NCBI GenBank assembly: GCA_021741355.1
Contig: JAIOXZ010000012.1
Span: 18,409-82,408, forward strand
Direction: 5' to 3'
Source: Caulobacter sp.
GTDB lineage: Bacteria; Pseudomonadota; Alphaproteobacteria; Caulobacterales; Caulobacteraceae
DNA length: 64,000 nucleotides
A program made the translations under genes and the position numbers. This document shows, piece after piece, positions 46,057-54,861 of this stretch (within the stretch, counting starts at the first letter, position 1; every line of letters starts with the position of its first letter). The notes below the pieces were generated by a model, which was not told the DNA's origin, did no database searches, and was given only the letters and a program-made list of their open reading frames with translations.

Positions 46057-47013
46057 ATGGAACGATCAAACGAGCGCCGACGGCTTCCGCCGCTGAACGC
46101 CCTGCGCGCCTTCGAGGCCGCCGCACGCCACCTGAACTTCAGCCGCGCGGCCGACGAACTGTCGGTGACGCCGGGCGCCGTCAGCCAGCAGATCCAGAAC
46201 CTCGAGGACTACGTCGGCGCGGCGCTGTTCAAGCGCACGCCCAAGGGGCTGTTGCTCACCGACGCCGCCCAGACCGCCCTGCCCGCACTGCGCGAGGCGT
46301 TCGACCGGCTGGCGGAGGCCGCCGGCCTGCTGACCGCCGCCGTCGACGGGCGTCGCCTGACCCTGACCGCCGCCCCGTCCTTCGCCGCCAAGTGGCTGGT
46401 GCCGCGCCTGGGCAAGTTCGAGGAGGCGCAGCCGCAGGTCGACGTCTGGCTCAGCGCCGGCATGGAGGTCGTCGACTTCGCCAGCGGCGAGGTCGATCTG
46501 GCCATCCGCTACGGCGGCGGCCGCTACCCGGGCCTGGAGGTCACGCGCCTGCTCAGCGAGACGGTGATTCCGGTGATCAGCCCGGCCCTTCTGGCGACCC
46601 ATCCGCTGGATGATCCCTCGGAACTGACCAGCCATATCCTGCTGCACGACGGCTCGCCCGACGCCGACGATTCCTGCCCCGACTGGGCCATGTGGCTGGC
46701 CGCGCGCGGCATCAAGACGGTCGATGGCACGCGCGGTCCGCGCTTCAACCAGTCCAGCCTGGTGATCGAGGCGGCGGTCAACGGCCGGGGCGTCGCCCTC
46801 GCCAAACGCACCCTGGCCCAGGCCGACCTCGACGCGGGGCGGCTGGTGACGCCGTTTCCCATCGCCACCGCCGTGGACTTCGCCTATTACGTCGTCCACC
46901 CCAAGACCAAGGGACGACTGCCGCAGGTGAAGGCGTTCGTCTCCTGGCTTTCCTCGGAGGCCGCCGCCCATGAGGCGGCCCTCCAGACCATGGACAACGG
47001 CGCCGGTATCTGA
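46057..47013 (+). CDS. LysR-family regulator, GcvA-like
   Basis: LPPLNALRAFEAAARHLNFSRAADEL; KWLVPRL; VDLAIRYG. Confidence 0.93.
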   Translation: MERSNERRRLPPLNALRAFEAAARHLNFSRAADELSVTPGAVSQQIQNLEDYVGAALFKRTPKGLLLTDAAQTALPALREAFDRLAEAAGLLTAAVDGRRLTLTAAPSFAAKWLVPRLGKFEEAQPQVDVWLSAGMEVVDFASGEVDLAIRYGGGRYPGLEVTRLLSETVIPVISPALLATHPLDDPSELTSHILLHDGSPDADDSCPDWAMWLAARGIKTVDGTRGPRFNQSSLVIEAAVNGRGVALAKRTLAQADLDAGRLVTPFPIATAVDFAYYVVHPKTKGRLPQVKAFVSWLSSEAAAHEAALQTMDNGAGI

Positions 47014-47014
47014 C

Positions 47015-47347
47015 GTGGCCAGAGATGTTTTGAACGCGACGGGCGACCGCATCGCGCCCCTCGAATGCACTACCATGGCCGAGGTCCGGCAGGGTGTTGA
47101 CGCCCTCGACCGCGCCCTGGTCGCCCTGCTCGCCGAGCGTCAGGGCTATATGGACGCCGCCGCCCGCATCAAACCGGACCGCAATGTCGTGCGCGACGAG
47201 GCCCGCATCGAGGACGTTGTGACCAAGGTGAAGGCCGCCGCCCGCGAGGCCGGTCTGTCCGAAGCCATCGCCGAGCCGGTCTGGCGTACCCTGGTCGACC
47301 GCTGCATCGCCTACGAATTCGGCGTCTGGGACCGCACGCGGGGCTAG
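47015..47347 (+). CDS. chorismate mutase (AroQ/PchB-like)
   Basis: EVRQGVDALDRALVALLAER, ARIK, VRDEARIE; GTG start. Confidence 0.88.
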   Translation: MARDVLNATGDRIAPLECTTMAEVRQGVDALDRALVALLAERQGYMDAAARIKPDRNVVRDEARIEDVVTKVKAAAREAGLSEAIAEPVWRTLVDRCIAYEFGVWDRTRG

Positions 47348-47396
47348 ATCGAACGCGCAGAACCGCGCACCCTCCGGGTTCGTGGGGGGCCTCGGC

Positions 47397-49418
47397 ATGC
47401 GACGCTGGACAGCAGTTGTCATTGGATTGGTCGGCGTTGCGCTGATCGCCTGGGGCCTGACGCGCCGCCCGCCGGAAAAGCCGCAAGCCGTGGCGACCGG
47501 CGCCGCCTTCACGGTCGCGGACCTGCACCGCATCTCAGACGTCGCCGAGCCGGTGTTCGCCCCCGGCGGCGCGAGCCTCGTCTACAGCGTCACCACGGAC
47601 AATCTCGACACCGACGCCCAGGTCAGCGACCTCTGGCGCGTCGACTGGGCGACGGGCGAGGCCAGCGCACTGACCAAAACCCCGAAGGCCAGCGAATGGG
47701 CGCCATCGTTCAGCGCCGACGGGCGCTGGATCGTGTTCCTCGGCGACAAGGATGGCGAGAGCGACACCCAGCTCTGGCGCATGCCCGGCAAGGGCGGCCG
47801 CGCCCGGCAGGTCAGCGAGATCCCCGGCGGGGTCAGTGACTACGCCCTCTCGCCCGACGGCGGGAAGGCCGTCGTGGTCGCTGAGACGGGCGGCCCCAAA
47901 GCCAACGCCGCCGGCACCACGCCGCCGATCGTCATCGACCGCTACCAGTTCAAGGAAGACACGCGCGGCTACCTCGACACCCGCCGCCAGCAGCTGCTGA
48001 TCGTCGATCTGAAGACCGGCGAGACAACGCCCCTCACCCGCGGCGACTTCGACCACTGGCTGCCGGCGTGGTCGCCGGACGGCAAGTCGATCGCCTTCGT
48101 GTCCAAGCGCCGGGGTCCGGATCCCGACCGCAACATCGACTTCGACGTCTACGTGGTCCCGGCGAGTGGGGGCGAACCGCGCCGGATGGGCGATTTCGCC
48201 GGCGCCGACTCCGATCCCGCCTGGGAGTCGCGTCCCGACTGGTCGCCCGATTCGAAGCGGCTGGTCTGGCTGCGCTCGGCCGAGGACAAGTGGATCTACT
48301 ACAGCCCCTGGCAGATGGTCGTCGGCGATGTCGCCACGGGCCAGGCGGCGCCGGTGGCGTGGATTGACCGGTCGGTCAATCGCCCGCGCTGGTCGCCGGA
48401 TGGCAGGAGCCTGCTGGCCCTGATCGAGCAGGACCGGGACACGCTGCTGGCGCGGATCGACTCGGCCAGCGGCCGCATCGACTACCTGACCGGCGGCCCG
48501 CGCTTCGCCTACGACTTCGCCGCCGGCGCCGACGGACGCATCGCGGTGCTGGATGGCCCCTCCGACGCGCCCTACGAGTTGCGAACCGTGGGGCCGGGCT
48601 CCCGCCCGCTCACCCGCCACAACAGCTGGCTGGCCGGCCGCAAGCTCGCCACGACCCGCGATGTCAGCTTCCTCAGCGACGGGATCGAAATCCACGGCAT
48701 CCTGACGCTGCCGCCGGGCTACGACCCCGCCAAGCGCTACCCGACCATCGTCAGGCTCCACGGCGGGCCGGTCTATCAGTACAGCCACGAGTTCATGGCC
48801 GACTGGCAGCTCTATGCGGCCAAGGGCTACGTGGTGCTCGGCATCAATCCGCGCGGCTCCTCCGGACGGGGCTTCGACTTCGCCCGGGCCATCTACGCCG
48901 ACTGGGGCAATGTCGATGTCCGTGACATCAAGGCCGGCGTCGACTGGCTGATCGCGGCGAACATCGCCGATCCCGAGCGGCTTGGCGTCGGCGGCTGGAG
49001 CTATGGCGGCATCCTGACCAACTACGTCGTGGCCAGCGATCCGCGCTTCAAGGCTGCGATCAGCGGGGCCGGCATGTCCAACTTCCTCGGCGGCTACGGC
49101 GCCGACATGTACATCCGCGAGTACGAGCTCGAACTGGGGCTGCCCTGGCGCAACACCGAGACCTGGACGCGCCTGAGCTACCCCTTCCTGCACGCCGACC
49201 GGATCACCGCGGCGGTCATGTTCCAGTGCGCGGAGGAAGACACCAACGTGCCCTGTCTCGGCGCGGAGCAGATGTACCAGGCGCTGAAGTCCCGGGGTCT
49301 GAACACCCGCCTGGTGGTCTATCCGGGCGAGTTCCACGGCGTCTCGACGCCCAGCTACCGGGCCGACCGGCTGACGCGGAACCTCGCGTGGTATGACCGG
49401 TATCTGAAGACGCGGTAG
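47397..49418 (+). CDS. S9 family (prolyl oligopeptidase/acylaminoacyl) peptidase
   Basis: WD40-like WSPDG repeats, LHGGP, GWSYGG, EEDTNV, GEFHG. Confidence 0.93.
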   Translation: MRRWTAVVIGLVGVALIAWGLTRRPPEKPQAVATGAAFTVADLHRISDVAEPVFAPGGASLVYSVTTDNLDTDAQVSDLWRVDWATGEASALTKTPKASEWAPSFSADGRWIVFLGDKDGESDTQLWRMPGKGGRARQVSEIPGGVSDYALSPDGGKAVVVAETGGPKANAAGTTPPIVIDRYQFKEDTRGYLDTRRQQLLIVDLKTGETTPLTRGDFDHWLPAWSPDGKSIAFVSKRRGPDPDRNIDFDVYVVPASGGEPRRMGDFAGADSDPAWESRPDWSPDSKRLVWLRSAEDKWIYYSPWQMVVGDVATGQAAPVAWIDRSVNRPRWSPDGRSLLALIEQDRDTLLARIDSASGRIDYLTGGPRFAYDFAAGADGRIAVLDGPSDAPYELRTVGPGSRPLTRHNSWLAGRKLATTRDVSFLSDGIEIHGILTLPPGYDPAKRYPTIVRLHGGPVYQYSHEFMADWQLYAAKGYVVLGINPRGSSGRGFDFARAIYADWGNVDVRDIKAGVDWLIAANIADPERLGVGGWSYGGILTNYVVASDPRFKAAISGAGMSNFLGGYGADMYIREYELELGLPWRNTETWTRLSYPFLHADRITAAVMFQCAEEDTNVPCLGAEQMYQALKSRGLNTRLVVYPGEFHGVSTPSYRADRLTRNLAWYDRYLKTR

Positions 49419-49424
49419 GCCGCC

Positions 49425-49766
49425 CTACCCCTTCAGCGACTTCAACGCCCGTTCGTGGCGGTAGGCGGCGATGTCGAACAGGGCGGCGTCCAGCGCAGCG
49501 TGCACGTCGGGCAGCGCATGGACGCCCTGGATCTCCGCCCGCTCGCAGGCGTCGCCCAGGGCGTGGGCCCCGACGCCGCGCGCGGCGCCCTTCACGGTAT
49601 GGACCGCGTCGCGCCAGGTTTCGGAGGTCGAGCTGATCATCGGCGACCACATCTGGGCCTGTTCCTGGAACAGTCCGAGGACCTCGTCGATCACCTCTTC
49701 GTCGCCCGCGGCGAACTGTTCCAGATACGGAAAATCGACCGCCCCGGTAATGTCGCGTCTGGCCAT
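49425..49766 (-). CDS. shpA: single-domain histidine phosphotransferase (Hpt), ShpA-like
   Basis: MARRDITGAVDF...DAVHTVKGAARGVGA...LDAALFDIAAY; resembles Caulobacter ShpA as I recall it. Confidence 0.8.
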   Translation of the reverse strand: MARRDITGAVDFPYLEQFAAGDEEVIDEVLGLFQEQAQMWSPMISSTSETWRDAVHTVKGAARGVGAHALGDACERAEIQGVHALPDVHAALDAALFDIAAYRHERALKSLKG

Positions 49767-49850
49767 CAGTATCGCCCTTGCGTCCCCGGAACTTTCGGCT
49801 ATGTTCCGCGCCCTCGCCGCCGGGCCTCGCAGAGGCCTGTCCGTCGATAC

Positions 49851-49926
<76 letters not shown>

Positions 49927-49960
49927 CTTTTCTCTCGGAAAAGTAGCGGGATCGCTCAAC

Positions 49961-49984
49961 GGGGCGGCTTTCACAGGCCGCCCC
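49961..49984. terminator. GC hairpin between convergent tRNA-Lys and the monooxygenase
   Basis: GGGGCGGC-TTTCACAG-GCCGCCCC; no clear U-tract. Confidence 0.45.
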
Positions 49985-50017
49985 GCCGCGCGACTCGGCC
50001 CCGTCGCGGGGGCCGGC

Positions 50018-51520
50018 CTACCGGTACTGGAAGGCGCCGTCGTCGAGATCAATCGTCGGAAAGAGATCCTTCTCCGCCCAGTAGTCCTGGGTGTGCTGCC
50101 ATTCGGGCTTGTCGCCCTTCTTCGGCAGCAGATGCATGCCGCGCATCAGATAGCCCGGGTTGAAGTTCTCCGGATCCATCCAGTCGGACAGCGGCATGTC
50201 CTTGTCTTCCGGCCGCAGCGTGGGGGTGACCATGGTCGCCCTCTTCGCCTTCATGTGATTCAGCAGGCGGGCCACGAAGTCGCCGATCAGGTCCGCGCGC
50301 AGGGTCCAGCTGGCCCGGAAGTAGCCGAACACCCAGACCATGTTGGGAACGCCGGTGAACATCATGCCGCGGTAGGTCACCGTGTCGGCGAAGTTCAGCG
50401 GCTTGCCGTCGATGGTGAAGGCGATGTCGCCCAGGACGCTCAGGTTGAAGCCGGTCGCGGTGACGATGATGTCGGCTTCCAGTTCCTGGCCGGACTTCAG
50501 CAGAATGCCCTTCTCGGTGAAGCGCTCGATCTCGTCGGTAACGACCGACGCCTTGCCCGACACCACGCCCTGGAACAGGTCGCCGTCCGGCACGAACGCG
50601 ATCCGCTGCCGCCAGGGACGGTATTTCGGCGTGAAGTGCTTCTCGATGTCGAAGTCGGGGCCGACGAAGGCGCGGACGCCTTCCAGCAGCTCGTTCTTGA
50701 CCGCCTCGGACTCCTCGACGGCTCGCTTGGTGAAGGCGGCCTGGTCGAACAGGACCTTGCGGCGGACGATCTCGTGGATCCAGGTCTCGTCGATCTTGAG
50801 CTCGCGCAGCACGTTGGCCAGCTCGTTCTCGTTGCGGCCCGGAATGAAATAGGTCGGCGAGCGCTGCAGCAGGGTGGTGTGGGCGGTGTCTCCGGCGATG
50901 GCCGGCACCAGCGTCGCGGCGGTCGCGCCCGAGCCGATCACGATGACCTTCTTGTTCTTGTAGTCGAGGTCGTCCGGCCAGGTCTGCGGGTGGACGATCT
51001 TGCCCTTGAAGGTCTCCATCCCCTCCCACTCGGGCGTGTAGCCCTCCGAGTGGCGGTAGTAGCCCTGGCACATCCAGAGGAAGTTGCAGGTGAACCGGAC
51101 CGGCTGATTGGTGTCGGACCGGAAGCCCTCGACCGTCCAGCGGCGGTCCTCGGTGGACCAGGTGGCGGCGGTGATCTTGTGACCGTAGCGGATATGGCGA
51201 TCGAGATCGTTCTCCTCGATCACCTCGCCCATGTACTTGAGGATTTCCTCGGCGCTGGCGATCGGCGCGCCGACCCAGGGCTTGAACCGGTAGCCGAAGG
51301 TGTAGAGGTCGCTGTCCGAGCGAATGCCGGGATAGCGGTGCATCCACCAGGTCCCGCCGAAGTTCTCCAACCCTTCCAGCACCACATAGCTGGTTCCGGG
51401 ACACTGGGTCTTCAGATGGTAGGCCCCGCCTACGCCCGAAATCCCCGCGCCGACGATGAGGACGTCGAAATGCTCGGTGGTCGAGGCGGCAGGTTTCGTC
51501 AGGGTGTCGGTGGCGCTCAT
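50018..51520 (-). CDS. flavin-containing (Baeyer-Villiger-type, EthA/AlmA-like) monooxygenase
   Basis: GAGISG, GGTWWMHRYPGIRSDSD, HPQTWP, GSGATA, QRSPTY, TATG. Confidence 0.92.
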   Translation of the reverse strand: MSATDTLTKPAASTTEHFDVLIVGAGISGVGGAYHLKTQCPGTSYVVLEGLENFGGTWWMHRYPGIRSDSDLYTFGYRFKPWVGAPIASAEEILKYMGEVIEENDLDRHIRYGHKITAATWSTEDRRWTVEGFRSDTNQPVRFTCNFLWMCQGYYRHSEGYTPEWEGMETFKGKIVHPQTWPDDLDYKNKKVIVIGSGATAATLVPAIAGDTAHTTLLQRSPTYFIPGRNENELANVLRELKIDETWIHEIVRRKVLFDQAAFTKRAVEESEAVKNELLEGVRAFVGPDFDIEKHFTPKYRPWRQRIAFVPDGDLFQGVVSGKASVVTDEIERFTEKGILLKSGQELEADIIVTATGFNLSVLGDIAFTIDGKPLNFADTVTYRGMMFTGVPNMVWVFGYFRASWTLRADLIGDFVARLLNHMKAKRATMVTPTLRPEDKDMPLSDWMDPENFNPGYLMRGMHLLPKKGDKPEWQHTQDYWAEKDLFPTIDLDDGAFQYR

Positions 51521-51648
51521 GGACGTTTCCTCTGCCGGGTTCGTCCCGGACGCTATGGTTCGAAGCCAGAGTTCAATGCCCCGGCTATGTTATCGTTGAT
51601 CAGGATCAAGCCGCACTCAAGGACCCGCGGCGATTTTTACGCTCTTTG

Positions 51649-52434
51649 TCAGACCGGCTCGTCGTTGAAGCGGATGTTGCCGCGCTCGAGCCCCTTCAGC
51701 ACCACCTCGATGCCGCCGGAGCGGATCATCCACTCGAGACGGTGATCGCGGTACTGGCGCTTGAACAGGCCCGCGTCGACGATCCCGGCGACGGCGGTCA
51801 TCGCCTTGACCGCGTCGCGCGCAGCGTCAAAGGCCGCGGCGACCGACGACCTGCCTCGCGACCGCTCAAGCCAGGCGGCCAGAGGCGAGCCGTCCGCCGG
51901 TCCCATCCCGAACCCCGCCGCGCCCTGGACATAGGGAACCGCGCTCAGGTCGGCCCAGCCGAAGGTCTCGCCGCCGAACCAGGGGCCCTCGCCCAGCTGT
52001 TTCTCGAGCCAGACGTTCAGGCGGCCGATCTGGGCGCCGGCGTTGGCCAGCAGGGTCTGCGCCAGTTCGCCCTCTGCGCGGCGGAAATAGGTGATCTCCG
52101 ACAGACCCCAGTTGATCGCCTCATAGTGGGTGTCGCAGACCTCCTCGAGCATCCGGGCGCGGGCCCGCGCCAGCGGATCGGCGGGAAGCAGCGCGGGCGT
52201 CGGAAAGCGGTCCTCGATGAACTCCAGGATCACCGTGGAGTCGAAGATCGGGGCCCCGTCGACAAACAGCACGGGCACTTCGCCGCGCGGACTGGCCGCC
52301 CGGAAGTCACCCGGCGTGGCGCCTGAGCCGATGGCTTCCGGTGTGCGGACCGTGAAGGGAACGCCCTTCTCGGCCAGGGCGATCTTGACCTTCTGGGCGT
52401 AGGGCGACAGCGGATGTTCAAGGAGCTCGATCAT
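51649..52434 (-). CDS. glutathione S-transferase family protein
   Basis: HPLSPYAQKV, SPRGEVP, DSTVILEFIED, GWADL. Confidence 0.9.
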   Translation of the reverse strand: MIELLEHPLSPYAQKVKIALAEKGVPFTVRTPEAIGSGATPGDFRAASPRGEVPVLFVDGAPIFDSTVILEFIEDRFPTPALLPADPLARARARMLEEVCDTHYEAINWGLSEITYFRRAEGELAQTLLANAGAQIGRLNVWLEKQLGEGPWFGGETFGWADLSAVPYVQGAAGFGMGPADGSPLAAWLERSRGRSSVAAAFDAARDAVKAMTAVAGIVDAGLFKRQYRDHRLEWMIRSGGIEVVLKGLERGNIRFNDEPV

Positions 52435-52494
52435 GTCGCCATGGGGCGGGATCGGCGAACGGGCGTCAACGGGGACGCAAGGGAAGCCCGGCGC

Positions 52495-52533
52495 AAAAAA
52501 CGGACCCCGGCTCGATCACTCGAACCGGGGCCG
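52495..52533 (-). terminator. intrinsic terminator with no CDS immediately upstream
   Basis: Minus strand CGGCCCCGGTTCGA-GTGA-TCGAGCCGGGGTCCG-TTTTTT. Confidence 0.8.
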
Positions 52534-52620
52534 AATACGGCGGGTGGCCAGGACAGACCGACCCGCAGGGACCCCGGACCCCCTCCGACAGGAAACCAGG
52601 ACGCCCTATCCAGCCCGGGA
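52495..52620 (-). ncRNA. candidate small RNA (5' end unknown)
   Basis: Orphan terminator plus an upstream hairpin with a UGUCCU loop; G-U pairs work only on the minus strand. Confidence 0.45.
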
Positions 52621-52802
52621 ATGCGTCGCCGACCAGTGCGGAAGCGTGGCGGGCCGCGGAATCTTCCCAGTTCCCTTCGCACCTGCACAATTTGGCGGCG
52701 ACCTGCGCGTGCGCTGCGCAAGCGATAGCCACGGGATCAGGCTATTCCCGGCCCTGACCGCCGGTTGCGTCGTCCGGCTGATTTTGCGATGCAGCGTTCC
52801 AG

Positions 52803-53981
52803 ATGACCCAGCCCGCCCCCTCACAGCGTCGCGCTGACCTCGACTGGATCCGGGTGGCGGCCTTCGGCCTGCTGATCCTGTTCCACGTCAGCCTCGTCTA
52901 TGCGCCCTGGGACTGGCACGTTCACAGCACCCACACCTTCGGTTGGCTGGAAGAGGTCACCGCGATCACCGGCCCGTGGCGCCTCACGCTGCTGTTTCTC
53001 GTATCAGGCGCCGCGCTGCGGTTCATGAGCCGCCGCTACACGCCCGGTGAGGTTCTGAAGGCGCGGCTGGCGCGGCTCGCGCCGCCGCTGATCTTCGGCG
53101 TCCTGTTTCTCGTTCCGCCACAAGCCTGGCTGGAGGCGGTCTCGAAGGGCAGCTGGGACGCCGGCCTCCTCGCCTGGTGGCTCAAGGACTTCAGCCCTGC
53201 GGGGCTGGCCGACGGCGTGCCGCTGAACCACCTGTGGTTCGTCGAGTATATCGCGGTCTACAGCCTCGCCGCCGTCGCCCTGATGACCCGCCCCGGCTGG
53301 CTGGCGAAGCTTGAGACCGGTCTGGAACGGGTGCTGTCCGGATGGCGCCTGCTGGCCGTCCCGATCGTCTTCTTCATCCTCTCCCGCCAGCTGCTGTTCC
53401 CCTGGTTCGGCCAGACCAACCAGCTGTGGGGCGACTGGTACAACCACCTGATTTCCCTGGGCGTCTTCCTGTTCGGCTTCGCGGTCGCCGGACGGGAGAT
53501 GATCTGGAAGACCTTTGAGGCCCAGCGCTGGCGCGCGCTCGGCGTCGCCCTGGTCTCGATCCCGCTGCTGATGGCCATCACGGCCTCGCCCGACGGTCTG
53601 TTCTGGTTCGGCTGGCCCCGGCGCATCGCCTACGGCCTGGAGCAATGGTCGGTGATCGCCACCATCCTCGGCTTCGGAAGTCTGTACCTGCGCAAGACCG
53701 ACGGTCCGGTGCTGCGCTATCTGACCGACGCGGTGTTCCCCTGTTATCTGGCGCACCAGACGATCCTGGTGATCGTCGCCTTCCTGCTGAAGCCCGCGGG
53801 CCTGCCGGCGTTCGTCGAGGCGAGCCTACTGGTGACGGCGACACTGGGCGGCAGCGTGCTGGTCTATGAGCTGGTGCGACGCAGCGGCCCGATGCGACCG
53901 CTCTGGGGCCTCAAGCGCCATGCCGCGCCGAAGACAGTCGCGGACGCGTCCCCGGAACCCCGCCCGGCGGAGGTTGCGTGA
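52803..53981 (+). CDS. opgC: OpgC/MdoC-type glucan acyl(succinyl)transferase
   Basis: RRADLDWIRV, LFLVSG, HLWF, YLTDAVFPCYLAHQT; close to opgH. Confidence 0.8.
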   Translation: MTQPAPSQRRADLDWIRVAAFGLLILFHVSLVYAPWDWHVHSTHTFGWLEEVTAITGPWRLTLLFLVSGAALRFMSRRYTPGEVLKARLARLAPPLIFGVLFLVPPQAWLEAVSKGSWDAGLLAWWLKDFSPAGLADGVPLNHLWFVEYIAVYSLAAVALMTRPGWLAKLETGLERVLSGWRLLAVPIVFFILSRQLLFPWFGQTNQLWGDWYNHLISLGVFLFGFAVAGREMIWKTFEAQRWRALGVALVSIPLLMAITASPDGLFWFGWPRRIAYGLEQWSVIATILGFGSLYLRKTDGPVLRYLTDAVFPCYLAHQTILVIVAFLLKPAGLPAFVEASLLVTATLGGSVLVYELVRRSGPMRPLWGLKRHAAPKTVADASPEPRPAEVA

Positions 53982-54703
53982 CACCGTTTCGCCGCCGCCG
54001 GGTCCTGCTGCGTATCGGTATCGCTGCGCCGATCCTGGCGCTGGCCTGCACCCTGATCGCGGTCGCCCTGTTCCCGGGCTTCAACCACGCCACCCAGTTC
54101 CTCAGCGAACTGGGCGCCGGCGGCGCCAGACATCCGCAGGTGTTCAACGGCGGGGTCGCCTTTTCCGGGATCGGGGCGGGCATCGCCGGGATCGGCTTCG
54201 GCCTGGCGGTCATGGCGCTGGGCGGCTCGCGGATCGCCGCCGGCCTCATCGCCCTGGCGTTCGTGCTGGCGGCGATCGGGCTTGTGGTCGGGAGCATCTA
54301 TGTCTGGCCCGATCCCCGGCACCTGTTCATCAACCTCGGGCTCGGCATCCAGTTGGCGCCGTTGTTCCTGCTGTGGGGCCTGCGCCGCGCGGCGGGCGTC
54401 AGCAGGCTGCGCTGGTTCCTGGTCGCGGTCTTCGTGCTGATGGCGTTCCTGACGGTGATGACCAAACACCTCGTCCTGCCGGGCACGGTGAACCCGCAGA
54501 ATGTCGGCTGGTGGGAGCGGGCCTTCGCCATCGTGCTGGTCGGCTGGGTCGGGGTCGCAGCGTTTCTGCTCGAACGGCGACTCATCGCGCTGGCGCTGGA
54601 GAGCGCGGAGACTGTCCCTGACGATGCGACTCGTCTAGGGGACCGGGGCGCGCTGGTCACGGACGCCTCTCAATTGCGTGATGACCGCTCGATCACGAAC
54701 TGA
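53978..54703 (+). CDS. DUF998-like membrane protein
   Basis: FPGFNHATQFLSELGA, GWWER; multiple TMs; GTGA overlap with opgC. Confidence 0.7.
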   Translation: MTPFRRRRVLLRIGIAAPILALACTLIAVALFPGFNHATQFLSELGAGGARHPQVFNGGVAFSGIGAGIAGIGFGLAVMALGGSRIAAGLIALAFVLAAIGLVVGSIYVWPDPRHLFINLGLGIQLAPLFLLWGLRRAAGVSRLRWFLVAVFVLMAFLTVMTKHLVLPGTVNPQNVGWWERAFAIVLVGWVGVAAFLLERRLIALALESAETVPDDATRLGDRGALVTDASQLRDDRSITN

Positions 54704-54861
54704 TCACGACCGATTTTGCGGCGCCACCGCGAAAAAGCGCATTTTCTGCACGGGTTATCGACAAAACAGCTTGCGAGGTTGCACCGCAACATAACATAAG
54801 CGTGATCGCAATTCCCTGACCCGCTGGCTGCGGATTCTCCCTCTCGATCACGGCGACCAAG

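Noticed and set aside
52414-52837. Short ORFs in the GST-opgC gap
   Set aside because: No ribosome sites, low-complexity Arg/Pro/Gly content and mutual overlap; the RNA-structure explanation fits better.
54779-54791. GTTGC-ACC-GCAAC dyad as an operator shared with the 9750 dyad
   Set aside because: Only 5-bp arms with different spacers; compatible with chance.
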